Positions 51,616 through 63,623 of a stretch of 64,000 bases of DNA are shown piece by piece. The position numbers and the translations under genes are program-made. The stretch's first letter is position 1. Every line of letters starts with the position of its first letter. The DNA lies in assembly GCA_963696295.1 (NCBI GenBank), contig CAVOJR010000002.1:1-64000 (forward strand). Reading direction: 5' to 3'. The notes beneath the pieces were generated by a model, which was not told the DNA's origin, did not search any database, and saw only the letters and a list, made by a program, of their open reading frames with translations. This stretch comes from an uncultured Chlamydiae bacterium (GTDB lineage Bacteria; Chlamydiota; Chlamydiia; Chlamydiales; JAJFMB01).

Positions 51616-54600
51616 GCTCTTTTATCCTCCGGAACCAGATTTAATGGGTTCTCCTGATAGCCTAACTCCCAATGTTTCTCCGATTACTATTTTTAATCGT
51701 TCCATTTCTTCTTTTCTCCGATGATACCACGCATAACTCGTCACTCTATGGACATGCGGGATTTCCATGCGCAGGACTTTAGGCCGCCAAACTTCACGAA
51801 GCTCTTGCCGTTTCTAAAATAGGGTGCGACAAATAGGCATCGAATTCTATTTCAATTCCATATTGTTTTTTTTTTTTTTTTTCTGTTCACTAAAACCAAA
51901 CCAAAAGCATCATTTTCTTTGATCGAAGGATGGTTTGAGTCCAAGACCTTTGATGAAAGTGGCGACGGATCTGGTAAAACCATCTTTGTCAAAATTTGAA
52001 CTTCCCTGTGAGGGGAAGGAATTTACAAGGGAAGCCATACTATCTAGAGATTTTCGAGCGGCTTCGACTCGTACTCCATTGTTGAGTTTAGAAGCATAGT
52101 CAAAGTAGGCTTGGAGATAAACTCTAGAGTTTTAGGGCAATGGCCTTTGGATATAGCATCTGAGATTTCGTTAATGGGTAAAGAAGTGACTATGATAATT
52201 TTTTCTCGGGCTTGCGTGTACAGCCTACATCTTCAAACGGCGCTCTCCACCGGTTTGGCCTAGAAGACCGAATCGTCTTCTGAAGGACCCTTGTTCATCT
52301 CTTCCAAAGGTTGAGCTGAAAATGATTACATCTCTTTGTTCCCTCTCAACGTTTTCCACGTTTTTCAACAAAAAAAGCTCGATATCTTCCCCTGCCTTGT
52401 TGGCGCTCTTTTTTTTGGCCTAAGGCTTGTCTCAAGGAGGCATCTCGATCGGCTCGTTCTGCTAGAACATCTTCTATCAGGTCTGCTTGTTTCGCGTTGA
52501 AGGTCACTACTACAACGCGAGGCCTTTCGGGATAATACCTAAACGTTCCGTTAACAAGTCCACGACCCTTTCGGCTTCTTCCCTATTCGTTTGGTTTGCG
52601 CGATACACTCGATCTACTCGTATAACCGCAAGAGGGCGAATGTTTTGAATTACATATTCTGGGTGTCTGACAGGCACGCTTAATTTATTGCCATAGAATG
52701 CCGCGTTCTAAAAGGCGATGAGTTCGCGATACTTTGAAGCTGATAGTGAATTTTTAGCATGGATCTCGGTAAAACGGTTTTTCCAAGAGCTAGCAAATCT
52801 CAGCAATTTTTAATTTCTCTTCTGTTCCAGGTGTCTTCTAGAGTCTCTCTTTCTGCATCACTGATCATTTCATCTAGGTCATCATCAATAGAAGTTGCCT
52901 CCTCATCGTCACCGAGTCGCTTCCCCTGCAAAAACGCTCGTGAGGGGGCATCTGTTACTCATCTCCACTGATGACGGTGCGTTTCGCCCGATATAGAGTT
53001 GGAAGAGCATTTTCTATGGGGATTTGACTTGCTTCATCGAAAATGATCACATCAAACATTCCAGCTCTTAAAGGAAGCAGTTGGCTTGCCGTGTCTGGAT
53101 TCATTAGCCAGACACGGACGCAGATGTACAAGCCCCATATCCCAACCACGTTCAATGACTTCTCAAATACTGACGAGCTCTCGAACACCTCCCAGGTGAG
53201 TGATATCCTCCCAATCCTCAGGAACTGTGACCATCTCTATATCCATAGTTGCAATGCCAATAACTTCTCATTCATTTCTCCTGACTTCTGTATTTGATTC
53301 GTCGAGAGTTTGGATTTTTCGTGAAAGCTCTTTTTGAGCAAGACGAAAAATCGGAAAGCTCTGCTCGATTAGGTCTTTCCAAGCAAGCCGAGCTTCACGA
53401 GCAATAATCCTTCGGATCACTATTTCTATTTCATCTTGAGCATATTCCCTTCCAGACAATTTTTCGTCTTTTTCCCCGAGACTGGCAAAGATCTTTAAGA
53501 TCTCCGGCAGAAAGATTAGGCGCTTGTAGGCGGAATTCTTGGTAAGCAGGGGAGGGGAAGGGCAGTGCTTCAACTAAAAGTTGGAGATCGAGAGAGATTG
53601 GATCGATTATTTCGAATATTGGCTTGGCAAAGCTCGAAAAAATAAGTTCAACAGAAAAAAATGTAGTAAGCCTGTTGAAAGCATCTAGTACTCTCGCATG
53701 GGACCTGGTGACGTTCAAAAGGTTTTCCGTAGCGAGATATATGATCTCGGGAGTCCGGATACACCTGTTTTAGACTAGTGGCTCAACTTCTTCTTGGCGA
53801 GGGCAAGCATGAAGGGCATGAATGCCTCTTTGTGCTAAAGATAGCTCTTCTAACATACACTATTAGTCATAAAAGCGTAACTCATTCAAATATATTGTCT
53901 TAGATGATTTTTCACTGTAGAGCATGTCAGAAAACTCTAAAGCTGTCTCTCGAAGAGGCTGCTGCTGGAGTTCTAGAGGCAGCTGCGCTCTGAAATGTTA
54001 TGATTCTTTCCAGGGGAACCGTAGTTCCTGGAGATCGTTCAGAACCTTTTGAGATCGTTCTGCAGTTCATATAGCGTAAAGGATTGAGAACGGGCTTAAA
54101 AAAGAAACTGGTGTGGTAGTACTCTTCGCCCATGAGAGCCATTTTTTTATGGTCGAGATAGGCATTTGAATGAGATGGCAGAAGATAGTTGTGAGTCATG
54201 ATCTTTTGAATCTGATGTACTTAAAAATGTTTTGAGCTCTTCAAGTCGGTCGGATGAGATCGCTATTACCTGCTGACTGTCCATTTTCGGGAAATAGTCG
54301 AAACCAGAGATGAGATATTCTTCCAAGTCGACTTTATGAAGAAGAGACTCATGTGATTTGATCCACTCTTGGCGAGGAGACGATATCTTCCACATCGAAG
54401 GATCCCCATCGACTGTGGCACTCATTCATCTCGTCTTTCTTCCTTCTTTCTTAATGAATGCAAAAAGAGAGCTGACGAATTCATTGACTAAAGCAGAATC
54501 GGGAGAAAAGATCTTGAGCTTGTCTAATGGATTTCCTTCAAAAGAGGACGTGTGAGCCAAATTCCGGCGATCGGAGAACATGTTTCTTCGATACCTTGTA

Positions 54601-57600
54601 AGTTGTTTTTGATCGAAATCTTTTAAAAGTCTTCTTAGAGCAGGGACATCAATCAATTTGAAGACTTCCCTCGGTCTTCTAGATCGATTAGCTCAGCGGA
54701 GAAGGGTTCGATAGCTTAGCCCCATTGCTTCGTCAGTTCTGTGGATTGCTGCATGGTGCTCTCATCCATTTCCATTTCCAGTTTTTCGATTTTCTCCGCG
54801 AGTTCTTCCCTTTCACGTTCTCACATTTTCTCGGCGGTACCGGCCCCTGAAGTCTTCTACTATCCTTTTCGATTCGAGTTCTGAGATTTTGTAAAACAGA
54901 GGTGCGATCTTTATTTACGTGTGTGAGGAAGCAAATAACAACTATCTTCTGCAATAATTTTTTCCCCATTTAGTCGTTTTGCGAGCAACTTCTAGGGCTG
55001 CACACTTTTTGAAAGACAACAACCATGCTGTCTGATTGTGACGATACAGTCTCCAATGATATTCACCATTGTTTTGCTTTTTCCTGTTCCTGTAGGCCTT
55101 CAGTCAGCAACCCTGGAGTTTGTCTTCGCGGAAAACAGCCTTTTCTTCAGAAGGATCGCTCTCCATCGTGAAGAAACGATCTTTTTCAGAAATCGAAGGC
55201 AGAGGGGGAGTAGCAATAGGATCTTTGTTCACTCGCAGTGCCGTTTCCATTCCTGTTCCACCAACCAGGGACTCTTTCCTCATTTGGCGTAAATCTTCTC
55301 CTATTGCCTGACCCATAAATTCAGCATGGAAGAGGACTGCAGAGCAAACCACTTGCCTACAACCGGCTTTCACTTTGTAATCACTATCCGGTAGAGCGCA
55401 TAGAGCCCTTTGGATCTGCTAGCGATCCGAAGGCATCAATCACGTCTCCGATACGGATCGCGGACCTTCCTAATAGCTCCTTAGCAGTTTCTGCCCATCT
55501 TTTCGCTTCTTCAGGACCAATCAGTCCAGAAAGAGCCGGATTCAGGCGTACTTCTTTTCTATCATGGTCAAAAAGGATGGAGACTCGATCCTTATTGTCA
55601 ATTTTAATGGGCCAGAGTAATAGGGGCGCAATTCTTGGTTTCTTTTCTGCAATCTCTGCACGACTATCTTTCATGACAAGGAACGGAAATCCAAGGTAAA
55701 GGCTATCGATACCTGTATCTCTCCTGTATGTTTTTGCATGGCTGACAAGATGACGCAGCCTTCGCTCAAGGTTAGAATCATCTTCGAAAGCCGCCCTATC
55801 GATTCCTACAGGAGCTTCTACTCTGCTGATCAGATGTTCAAGAATAGAGGTGGCAGTGGGTTTTTTCCCGGCAACTCCTGCTAGGTCGACTCGGCTAGAC
55901 TTCCCAATCACCATTCTGACAAGGGTGCCTCTTTGCGCAAGACTTGCCGTTCGCTTTTCAAAAAACTCGAGGATCGTAGAGACATATTGTTGGCGATCAG
56001 GCTCTTGCCAAGATTCTTTTGGGATGGATAGAAGCACTAACGCTCGGGGCAATGAGATTCTACGCTCAATTCTGAAATCGTAGGCCCATTCATCGATACG
56101 AGCGATTCCACATTGAGCGAAATTGGCTGTCCTTTCTTCGATTTCCCGATAAAGATTTCTTCTTGAAACTTCAAACCATTCTCTTGCAGCCGAATCTTCA
56201 TAGGTAGAAACTTCAGCTTGTGCAGCAACGGTTTTGGCCTGACTTAGAATTAGTTCGAGCGGTTGATATTGTTGAGTCGCAGCTCCTAAAAGAACCATCA
56301 ATTCTTCATCGGTAATCTTCTGGCGATCCATCAATGAATTCAGTCCACCATGATCCGATCCTGGGTAGAGGCGGCGATGCATTCCCCACTGTTTCTCTAG
56401 GTTTGGACGCGATGAAGCGAGAGCTAGAAGTCTGAAACTTTCTTCACTTAATTCAATTTCAAGAGCCTTAGCTCTTTCCCGCGCTCTTATCTCGCGATCA
56501 TGGAGATCGCAAAGGTGCCTCTCTCTATTCATTTGGCGGAGATGCCCAATGAGAGGGCCGGTGATGAGTTCGTAGCCTTGAACTGGATTTTGTAGCATCC
56601 ACGCGGAGTTAACAATCTCCCCTTGATAAATCAGCGGCAAACTTGGATTCATCCACATCAGGGCTAAGGCATGCCTAAAAGTCTTCATGAAGTGAATCTA
56701 TTGAAGTTGCGAGTCGAACTCCAGCTACCATCTTTGGATCAGCTTTCCTGTCTTCTAACCAAGTGGCTATGACACCTCGTAAGAGGAGATCTTTTGCTTG
56801 TTCCCAGTTCGAAGCTTCAGCTGCTATTAAGGCATATGCTTTGGGACAGGTGTAGGAGAGATCTTTAAACTCTAAAGCGGGGCCGCTTTTCGTTTCTTCG
56901 GACTTCGTATCTGAAGGGGCTTCAACAGGCTCCCCTGCTAACCAGCTTTGTACTTGGGACCATTGCCAACGTTGATCAGGATCCCTAGCTAACAAACCCC
57001 GAAGGAGAAGGAGAATAGAGGGATCGATACCCTTAGGAAGATAAACTCCTCTGGTTACTACGTGAATTCTGAATGCTTTTTCATTGATGCCTTCAAAACA
57101 TGAGCCTGTTGTGATAAGCTGAAGGATTATCATCCCTAAGCTCCACCAATCGGAAGCCACACTGATACCTCCGGCGATCACCTCTGGCGCTACATATAGA
57201 GCTGAAGTAGGCTGTTTGACTGTATCAAGGTCGAAAGTAGAAAGACGGCTATATTGAAAGCCGCTTAACATTAAGTTCAGGGGATCTCTTTGGGAAATGA
57301 AAATGGTTTCTGGCCGAAGGTTGTTATGTCGTAAACCCTTTTCAGAAAAAGAAGACAAGATTTTACTCATCGATTTAACGATTTGTTGAACAGTCGCTAG
57401 TTCTACAGAGGTAGATTGAAGATCAAGGAGATTTGGGTGGGAGATAAGATCGGTGACATCATATCTTCGACACTCCCATACGCCTTGCGCCAAAAGTTCT
57501 GGTACATGGTCTTTTGGCAGTCGCTTTAAAATTTCATAAATGTCTGGTTCAGGGTGTGTGTCAGTGAGATATAAAGTCAGGAGCGCTCTGTGTCCATGTC

Positions 57601-57961
57601 CTTCAACAATAAAACTCTCAAAGGGTTCATTGGTAGTTTCCAGTCGGTCGATGACAGTCCATCCATCAATGATCGCTTCCTTTTCTTGAGGTAAGGTTTC
57701 TTCATTGACGATACTGAGTTCTGTTGCGACAGTAGCCCCACATTTTAAACACATCTCATCATGAGGATCTAAAGGGTGGCCATTGGAGCAAAGGCGGGTG
57801 TGCTCTGTGGGATTTGAATCCTCAGGAGTTGGATCAACTTGACCGGGAGGTCTCGGTGGTTCTTGTATGAGAACCCATGCGCAGTTTCCGCAGAGCACTT
57901 CTTCAGCAGGGCGCTCTTCTCTACATCCTGGGTTTGGGCACTTACGGACATAGAGTGTCAT
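51612..57961 (-). pseudogene. Frameshifted giant gene: zinc ribbons, Ser/Thr-kinase-like domain, DUF4011-like domain, SF1 helicase
   Basis: CPNPGC/CGNC/CSNGH/CLKC; YVAPE..SDWWSLG; one extra T near 56678 splits EDF|RHALAL; RDTGIDSLYLGFPFL..APLLLWP..LNPAL; GPTGTGKS near 55090; FDVIIFDEASQ..ISGDE at 52955..53188; VIIFSSTFG near 52320. Confidence 0.8.
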
Positions 57962-58613
57962 AGATCTTCTCCCTGGTAGAGCTTTCGTCCTGTGTGGTTA
58001 CAGCAAGATGGCCCTCTTTTGCTAAGATAGTCTTTAAGCGACGCATATCATCGCGCCTAGGAATACCAGCAAGCCAAATGGCTCCGGCTTCATCAAACAT
58101 AATATCAAAAGTCTTATCCGATGACTTAAAGGCTCGATCGAAAGGACGGAATCGAGTTTCTCCTAGAGGGGTAAGACAATGGAGACGTTGGTTATCGCTC
58201 CCGCGTAAAGCAAGAGTTTGTGGGGCATTTTCATCATACGGGTCTGAGATCAAGGCATCGATTGTTCCCTGACATTTTTCAACCGTAGGGGTGATCTTTT
58301 CAAAAGGGTGTCCGCTATAGACGAGAATGTCGATACTCGTTTTAGAACGAGTTTGTGCCAAAAGATGGATGAGAGCTTCGGGTTGATCGAAGGGTTCACC
58401 TCCAGAAATCGTGATCCCATCTGCTTCCTGAAGCCAAGGAGAGATCACATTCATAATTTCATCGACAGATACACCGCCTTTCCCGGTTCCCCATGTGTCG
58501 GCTGAGACACATCCCTTACAACGAATAGAGCATCCTTGAAACCAGATCCCAATACGGCGACCTGGCCCCAATGTTGTAACTGGGAAGTGAATCCTGGAAA
58601 GGTAGAGCATCAT
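57942..58613 (-). CDS. Radical SAM protein, NrdG/activase-like (single 4Fe-4S cluster)
   Basis: LGPGRRIGIWFQGCSIRCKGC (CxxxCxxC), TISGGEPFDQ, LRGSDNQR. Confidence 0.9.
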   Translation of the reverse strand: MMLYLSRIHFPVTTLGPGRRIGIWFQGCSIRCKGCVSADTWGTGKGGVSVDEIMNVISPWLQEADGITISGGEPFDQPEALIHLLAQTRSKTSIDILVYSGHPFEKITPTVEKCQGTIDALISDPYDENAPQTLALRGSDNQRLHCLTPLGETRFRPFDRAFKSSDKTFDIMFDEAGAIWLAGIPRRDDMRRLKTILAKEGHLAVTTQDESSTREKIYDTLCP

Positions 58614-60469
58614 AATGTCACACTCTCTGTGGTCAGGCTAAGCTTAGTGACCTTACCAGTTTCAACGGAACGAATAGAAAGCCGACTACCCGTTTCAATG
58701 TTTTCATCGAAAAGAGCACGAGAAAGAGGATTTACTAGATGGGTTTCAATTTTATTACGAATTCCCCGTCCTCCGTTCGATAAATCTTTTAAACAAAGCT
58801 CTCTAAGTGTTTGCAGAGCCGTTGGATCGATGGAGATATCGATGCCTTGAGATCCTTTCAGATCTGATAGTACGCTATCCACCATGCTCTTGAAGATTTG
58901 CTCAGCTATGTTTTCGCGAATGAAGTCGAATACGATGATATTGTCTCCGATCCGGTTGAGAATTTCAGGGCGATTGAGAGTCAATTTAAAATGTTTCTCA
59001 ATCTCCTCGCGGATGCGTTTTTGGATGTTCTCAAACGAATCTTCTGGTGAAACGGTTGCTTTTCTTTCGCCTGTAATGTCAGTTTGATAGATTCCCAGAT
59101 TCGAAGTAAAGACGATGAACGCCTCTGTAAAATAAACTCTTTCCCCTCTTCCTGACGTCAAAACACCGTCATCTAGAATCTGGAGAAATTTATCGAGGAT
59201 TCTTGGATGAGCTTTTTCAATCTCGTCAAAGAGAACTACGCTAAAAGGCTTTTCCCGAATCGCATTGGTCAATTCTCCTCCCATATCATATCCGACATAG
59301 CCGGGAGGAGCTCCGATCAAACGTTGATCTGAATGTTCAGCACTGAATTCCGACATGTCAAAGCGGATGTAAGCGCTTTCATCGCCAAATAAAAGGCTTG
59401 TTATCGATTTAGCAAGCTCGGTCTTTCCCACTCCGGTTGGCCCAGCTAAAAAGGCAACGCCTCGAGGACGTCCACCACGGCGAGGAGCTCCTACTCCAGT
59501 CACAGCGCGCTTGATAATATCGAGCATGTGAGCGACTGCGTGATCTTGACCTTTGACCCTTTCCATAATGAAATTCTGTCCATCGCGAATCTTTCTACGG
59601 TCGAGCTTTTGCCAGGGATCTTCGGAAACTCCCACTTTATAACGACGCACGGCTTCTCCAATCTTGGCGTATCCTAATTTCTCCTCACGACAAAGTTGTG
59701 CAATCAACATGAGATCGACGAGAAGGAGTCCTTCAGTGTTATCTACAAAACTTTGAATGGCAGTATCTTTTAGCTGTGCTGAAGCTTCTTTTGCCCCATC
59801 AAGTGACTGAATCAAGGACTTTGCTAGAACTTGACGCATTTGATGATCAGGATTTGGAATGGAAATATGGCGAACTTTAGAATTATCAAGAGTAAACCAG
59901 TCTGGCATGTCCCCTTCTTTCTCCACGATCCATAGGACAGTATTAAAAAAAGGTTTAGGCGGTGTCCCATGCGCACGAACGCGTGCTTCCTGAGATCGAA
60001 TCAGCGCCCGTGTAAAAAGCCGGTGCTCGCTATCAGTGAGATTATTTTGGTGAATAATAAGCCGGGATGCGAAATCGACAATTAAAGCTATAGGCTCACC
60101 TTTCCATGCAATCAGTTGTTCTAGGACTTGTTCAAAAAGATCTAGGCCAGCTGGGGCACATCCGTTGACCGGCTGGAGTCCCAGTTGCTTCATGACGTTT
60201 TCAGCAGATTCACGACCTTGTTGAACGGACATCGGGTCGATTAATTTAAACCCATTGATGAAGTCGTAACTCAAAACATGAGGGTAGCCATAGCTTCGAA
60301 GATCTGCATTTAAACAGGAAGTGAAAGAACGCACAACAGCTCCGCCCGATTTATCTTCTGTTTGTAGGTCGCGTACATTCCCTGAAAGAACAAACTGACT
60401 TTTCAATGGCAAAAAACGAAGAAGATCGCGCAGCCATTTTAATTTTCGAGTTTCAAAGTCATTAATCAT
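58610..60469 (-). CDS. ClpB-D2-like AAA+ ATPase with a degenerate N-terminal P-loop-like domain
   Basis: GPTGVGKTELAK, FDMSEF, LIGAPPGYVGY, LFDEIEKAHP, RPEILNRI; lacks the Clp N-domain and an intact D1. Confidence 0.9.
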   Translation of the reverse strand: MINDFETRKLKWLRDLLRFLPLKSQFVLSGNVRDLQTEDKSGGAVVRSFTSCLNADLRSYGYPHVLSYDFINGFKLIDPMSVQQGRESAENVMKQLGLQPVNGCAPAGLDLFEQVLEQLIAWKGEPIALIVDFASRLIIHQNNLTDSEHRLFTRALIRSQEARVRAHGTPPKPFFNTVLWIVEKEGDMPDWFTLDNSKVRHISIPNPDHQMRQVLAKSLIQSLDGAKEASAQLKDTAIQSFVDNTEGLLLVDLMLIAQLCREEKLGYAKIGEAVRRYKVGVSEDPWQKLDRRKIRDGQNFIMERVKGQDHAVAHMLDIIKRAVTGVGAPRRGGRPRGVAFLAGPTGVGKTELAKSITSLLFGDESAYIRFDMSEFSAEHSDQRLIGAPPGYVGYDMGGELTNAIREKPFSVVLFDEIEKAHPRILDKFLQILDDGVLTSGRGERVYFTEAFIVFTSNLGIYQTDITGERKATVSPEDSFENIQKRIREEIEKHFKLTLNRPEILNRIGDNIIVFDFIRENIAEQIFKSMVDSVLSDLKGSQGIDISIDPTALQTLRELCLKDLSNGGRGIRNKIETHLVNPLSRALFDENIETGSRLSIRSVETGKVTKLSLTTESVTL

Positions 60470-60852
60470 TCTAATATTCCAAGGTAAATAAATTAATTAA
60501 ACAGTTCGGTTAATATTATTTTTTAGATCAAAAAAACATACATGTTTATTGCATTATATTCAATGAATGATCTTGTTGTCAATTTGTTTTTAAATGTTAC
60601 TGCTAATGAATAAACAATTCATCATCACGACATTGCAATTTTTTATGTTGGATAAAAATCCCTTATGGATAAGGCATGAGACCTTCGGAGACATAACTAA
60701 AAAAGAGCCTCTCTCAGACACAACGACAATTAAAATTCCCTGTCAGCGACAATTATTATTCCCTTCGCTGCAATTGTAATATCCTACCCATATGAACTAT
60801 CTTGATTTTCCGAATTATTATAAACAAGAAGAGAAGGAAATAATAGTATTGT

Positions 60853-60918
60853 TGTAATGGTCCCCTAAATTAGGACCATCTGTTAAGGTTATAGCCTCCT
60901 AGACCTGGAGGACAAAAT
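60853..60918 (+). mobile_element. Possible isolated IS3-family left end
   Basis: TGTAATGGTCCCCTAAATTAGGACCATC followed by a GGAGG RBS with no ORF. Confidence 0.3.
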
Positions 60919-60933
60919 CAACTTAACCCCTCA

Positions 60934-60961
60934 ACACACCATAACCTATCTTATCAGTCGG
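60934..60961 (-). other. dif-like (XerC/XerD) site
   Basis: Minus strand CCGACTGATAA-GATAGG-TTATGGTGTGT, preceded by GTCAGCCACTTAA at the same spacing as at the 26625 site. Confidence 0.6.
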
Positions 60962-61425
60962 TTTTTAAGTGGCTGACAGTAAATAATCTCCACCCTCTCT
61001 TACCTATATGATAAACACCGATCAAAAATTAAGGTGATAATTGCGAAGTAGGTTTCAGGCTAGCAATCCAATATTCCTTATGAATATTGTAAATATGAGA
61101 AACCTAACCAGCAGCATTTCTCATTCTTGTACTCCCCCTTCCAAAGTTCAAGCAACATGAGTGGTGGGTATTACCTTTTTTCAAAGGTTGATGGGTTAGG
61201 TACAGAACTGATAATCAACAACTAAAGGCTATTGCATTAATTTCAAGGAGGGTGATACAGTATATAATTTCATGTATTATCCGACCTTGAATGTGACCAT
61301 CCTAGCCGTTGAATTTAAAAAGCTAAGCAAAAAATTGGTTGATTTATCACTATAGCTCTGTTTTCATAAAATGTGAATATTATAAAATATGAAATTAATA
61401 ATGAATTAAATAGGATTAATAGTAA

Positions 61426-63549
61426 ATGAAAGCGTCAAAAGCAGAATTCCTGGAATTATTAAAGAAGTCAACTCAATTCGTTATTCCCATCTATCAACGC
61501 ACATATTCATGGACAGAGAAGGAGTGTCGACAACTATGGGATGATATTATCGCATGTGGAAGAAACAATAATATTCCAGTCCATTTTATCGGTTCCATTG
61601 TTTATGTGGAAAGGGGGTTGTCACAAGTGACTAATCAGGAGCCTTTACTCGTCATTGATGGACAGCAACGTCTTACCACTTTGACGCTTTTATTGGCTGC
61701 TTTATCAAAAGCTGTAGGCACAACGGAGCCTTTTGATGGATTTTCTCAATTCAAAATTTGCAAGGATTACTTACTGAATCCTAAGGAGACAGGTGAGCGG
61801 CGTTACAAACTTTTGCTCACCCAAACGGATAAAGACACCCTTAAATCATTGGTAAGCGAACAACCCAAACCGCACAGTCATTCCCTGCGAATAGAGGAGA
61901 ATTATACTTTGTTCCAAGAGTTGATCAGGAGAGAAGGGGGTGATTTGTTGGATCTTTGCAAGGGTTTGACCAAGCTAGTGGTGGTAGACATCGCCTTGAA
62001 CCGAGAGCAGAATCCGCAGCTCATTTTTGAAAGCATGAATTCAACTGGAAAAGAGTTGAGTCAAGCGGATTTGATCCGCAACTTTATTTTGATGGGGCTT
62101 GAACAGACACTACAAACTCGTCTTTATGAAAATTACTGGCGACCAATGGAGGTGAATTTCGGACAGGAAAACTATGCCTCCCATTTTGATGAATTCATGC
62201 GTCATTACTTAACTGTAAAAACGGGGGATATACCCAATATAAATGATGTTTATGAAACTTTTAAGAAATATGCTCTTAAGCGGGCTGATGCAGTAAGTAA
62301 TGATAGTCATGTGGAGTCACTGCTCAATACAATCAAAGATTATTCGGAGTATTTCTGTGCAATATCCCTAGGCAAGGAGACCGATAAGGAATTGAAGATG
62401 GCGTTTAATGATTTGAGTGAATTAAAGGTTGATGTGGCTTGTCCCTTCCTAATGGAACTGTATTGTGATTACAAGAAAGACATCTTTAGCAAAGGGGATT
62501 TTGTACAAGCTGTTAGATGGGTGGAAGCGTATGTGTTTCGCCGGGTAGTTTGTGAAATACCCTCTAACTCGATGAACAAGACTTTTGCGTCTTTTATTAA
62601 GGCACTTAAAAAAGACCGTTATCTGGAGAGCATTGCCGCGCACTTTCTTCTATTTTCTTCGCAGCGTAGATTTCCAAGTGATGATGAGTTTGAGAACCGT
62701 ATTCAAGTCCGGAAACTATACAAGTTACGTAACCCCAAATACTGTTTGCGCCGTATTGAAAATCACGGGCGAAAGGAATGCGTTCCTGTAGATGATGAAT
62801 ACACTGTAGAACATATCATGCCGCAAAATGAAAATCTGAGCGCAGCTTGGCAGGCGGAACTGGGAAGCGAATGGAAACTCGTTCAGCAAACTTGGCAGCA
62901 TACATTGGGCAACCTGACACTCACTGGCTATAACTCGGAATATCGTGATCGGCCATTTATTCAAAAACGGGATATGGACGGTGGATTCAAAAACAGTCCG
63001 CTCAATTTAAATAAAGATCTGAATCAGGTGACTGTTTGGAACGAATCGGCGATTAAGGAGAGAGCAAACCGACTTGCCAAACAGGCGGTAGTAATATGGA
63101 ACTCACCAAAATTGGACGAAAGTATTTTGGCTGGTTATCGACCCAAAGTTAAACCGGGATCTGAATATACAATAAACGACCATCCATCCCTACTTAACTC
63201 GCCATTGCGTACCCTGTTTGAGGCGTTTAGGACAAAAGTATTAGAACTTGATCCACCATACATCAGGGAAGAGTGGTTAAAATATTATGTGGCTTACAAA
63301 GTCGAAACAAACTTTGTGGATGTTATGCCAAAGCCACAGTTGAGGCGCTTACAACTTTCATTAAAAATGAGTATTTCCGAGGTTAATGATCCCAAAAAGT
63401 TATGTAAAGACGTGTCCCGTGTGGGTCATATGGGAAATGGTGATGTCGAAGTCTCATTATCTTCACTTGAGGATTTGCCTTATGTGATCGAGTTAGTCCA
63501 GCAAGCTCTTGAAAAGCAATTGGTAGGGGTCTCAATTCATGAGAAATGA
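61426..63549 (+). CDS. GmrSD-like protein (DUF262 + DUF1524 HNH + C-terminal DUF5655-like domain)
   Basis: IPIYQRTYSW, IDGQQRLTT, IFESMNSTG, EHIMPQ, LGNLTL..YN; C-terminal KYYVAYK..GHMGNGDVE. Confidence 0.9.
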   Translation: MKASKAEFLELLKKSTQFVIPIYQRTYSWTEKECRQLWDDIIACGRNNNIPVHFIGSIVYVERGLSQVTNQEPLLVIDGQQRLTTLTLLLAALSKAVGTTEPFDGFSQFKICKDYLLNPKETGERRYKLLLTQTDKDTLKSLVSEQPKPHSHSLRIEENYTLFQELIRREGGDLLDLCKGLTKLVVVDIALNREQNPQLIFESMNSTGKELSQADLIRNFILMGLEQTLQTRLYENYWRPMEVNFGQENYASHFDEFMRHYLTVKTGDIPNINDVYETFKKYALKRADAVSNDSHVESLLNTIKDYSEYFCAISLGKETDKELKMAFNDLSELKVDVACPFLMELYCDYKKDIFSKGDFVQAVRWVEAYVFRRVVCEIPSNSMNKTFASFIKALKKDRYLESIAAHFLLFSSQRRFPSDDEFENRIQVRKLYKLRNPKYCLRRIENHGRKECVPVDDEYTVEHIMPQNENLSAAWQAELGSEWKLVQQTWQHTLGNLTLTGYNSEYRDRPFIQKRDMDGGFKNSPLNLNKDLNQVTVWNESAIKERANRLAKQAVVIWNSPKLDESILAGYRPKVKPGSEYTINDHPSLLNSPLRTLFEAFRTKVLELDPPYIREEWLKYYVAYKVETNFVDVMPKPQLRRLQLSLKMSISEVNDPKKLCKDVSRVGHMGNGDVEVSLSSLEDLPYVIELVQQALEKQLVGVSIHEK

Positions 63550-63623
63550 AAAAAATGGCTTATCCTATTTTTAAGACGTTTCAAAGGCCAATGCAAGCCC
63601 GTTCTGTTCAAACGCACCCCTTA

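Noticed and set aside
56670..56690. Programmed frameshift between the kinase and DUF4011 ORFs
   Set aside because: A single extra T in a short run, in a gene with many further lesions, is better explained by decay or sequencing error
57942..58613. Housekeeping nrdG
   Set aside because: No nrdD nearby; the gene is embedded by overlaps in the ATPase/kinase operon
58610..60469. Housekeeping clpB/clpC
   Set aside because: Only 619 aa with a single intact AAA module and no Clp N-domain
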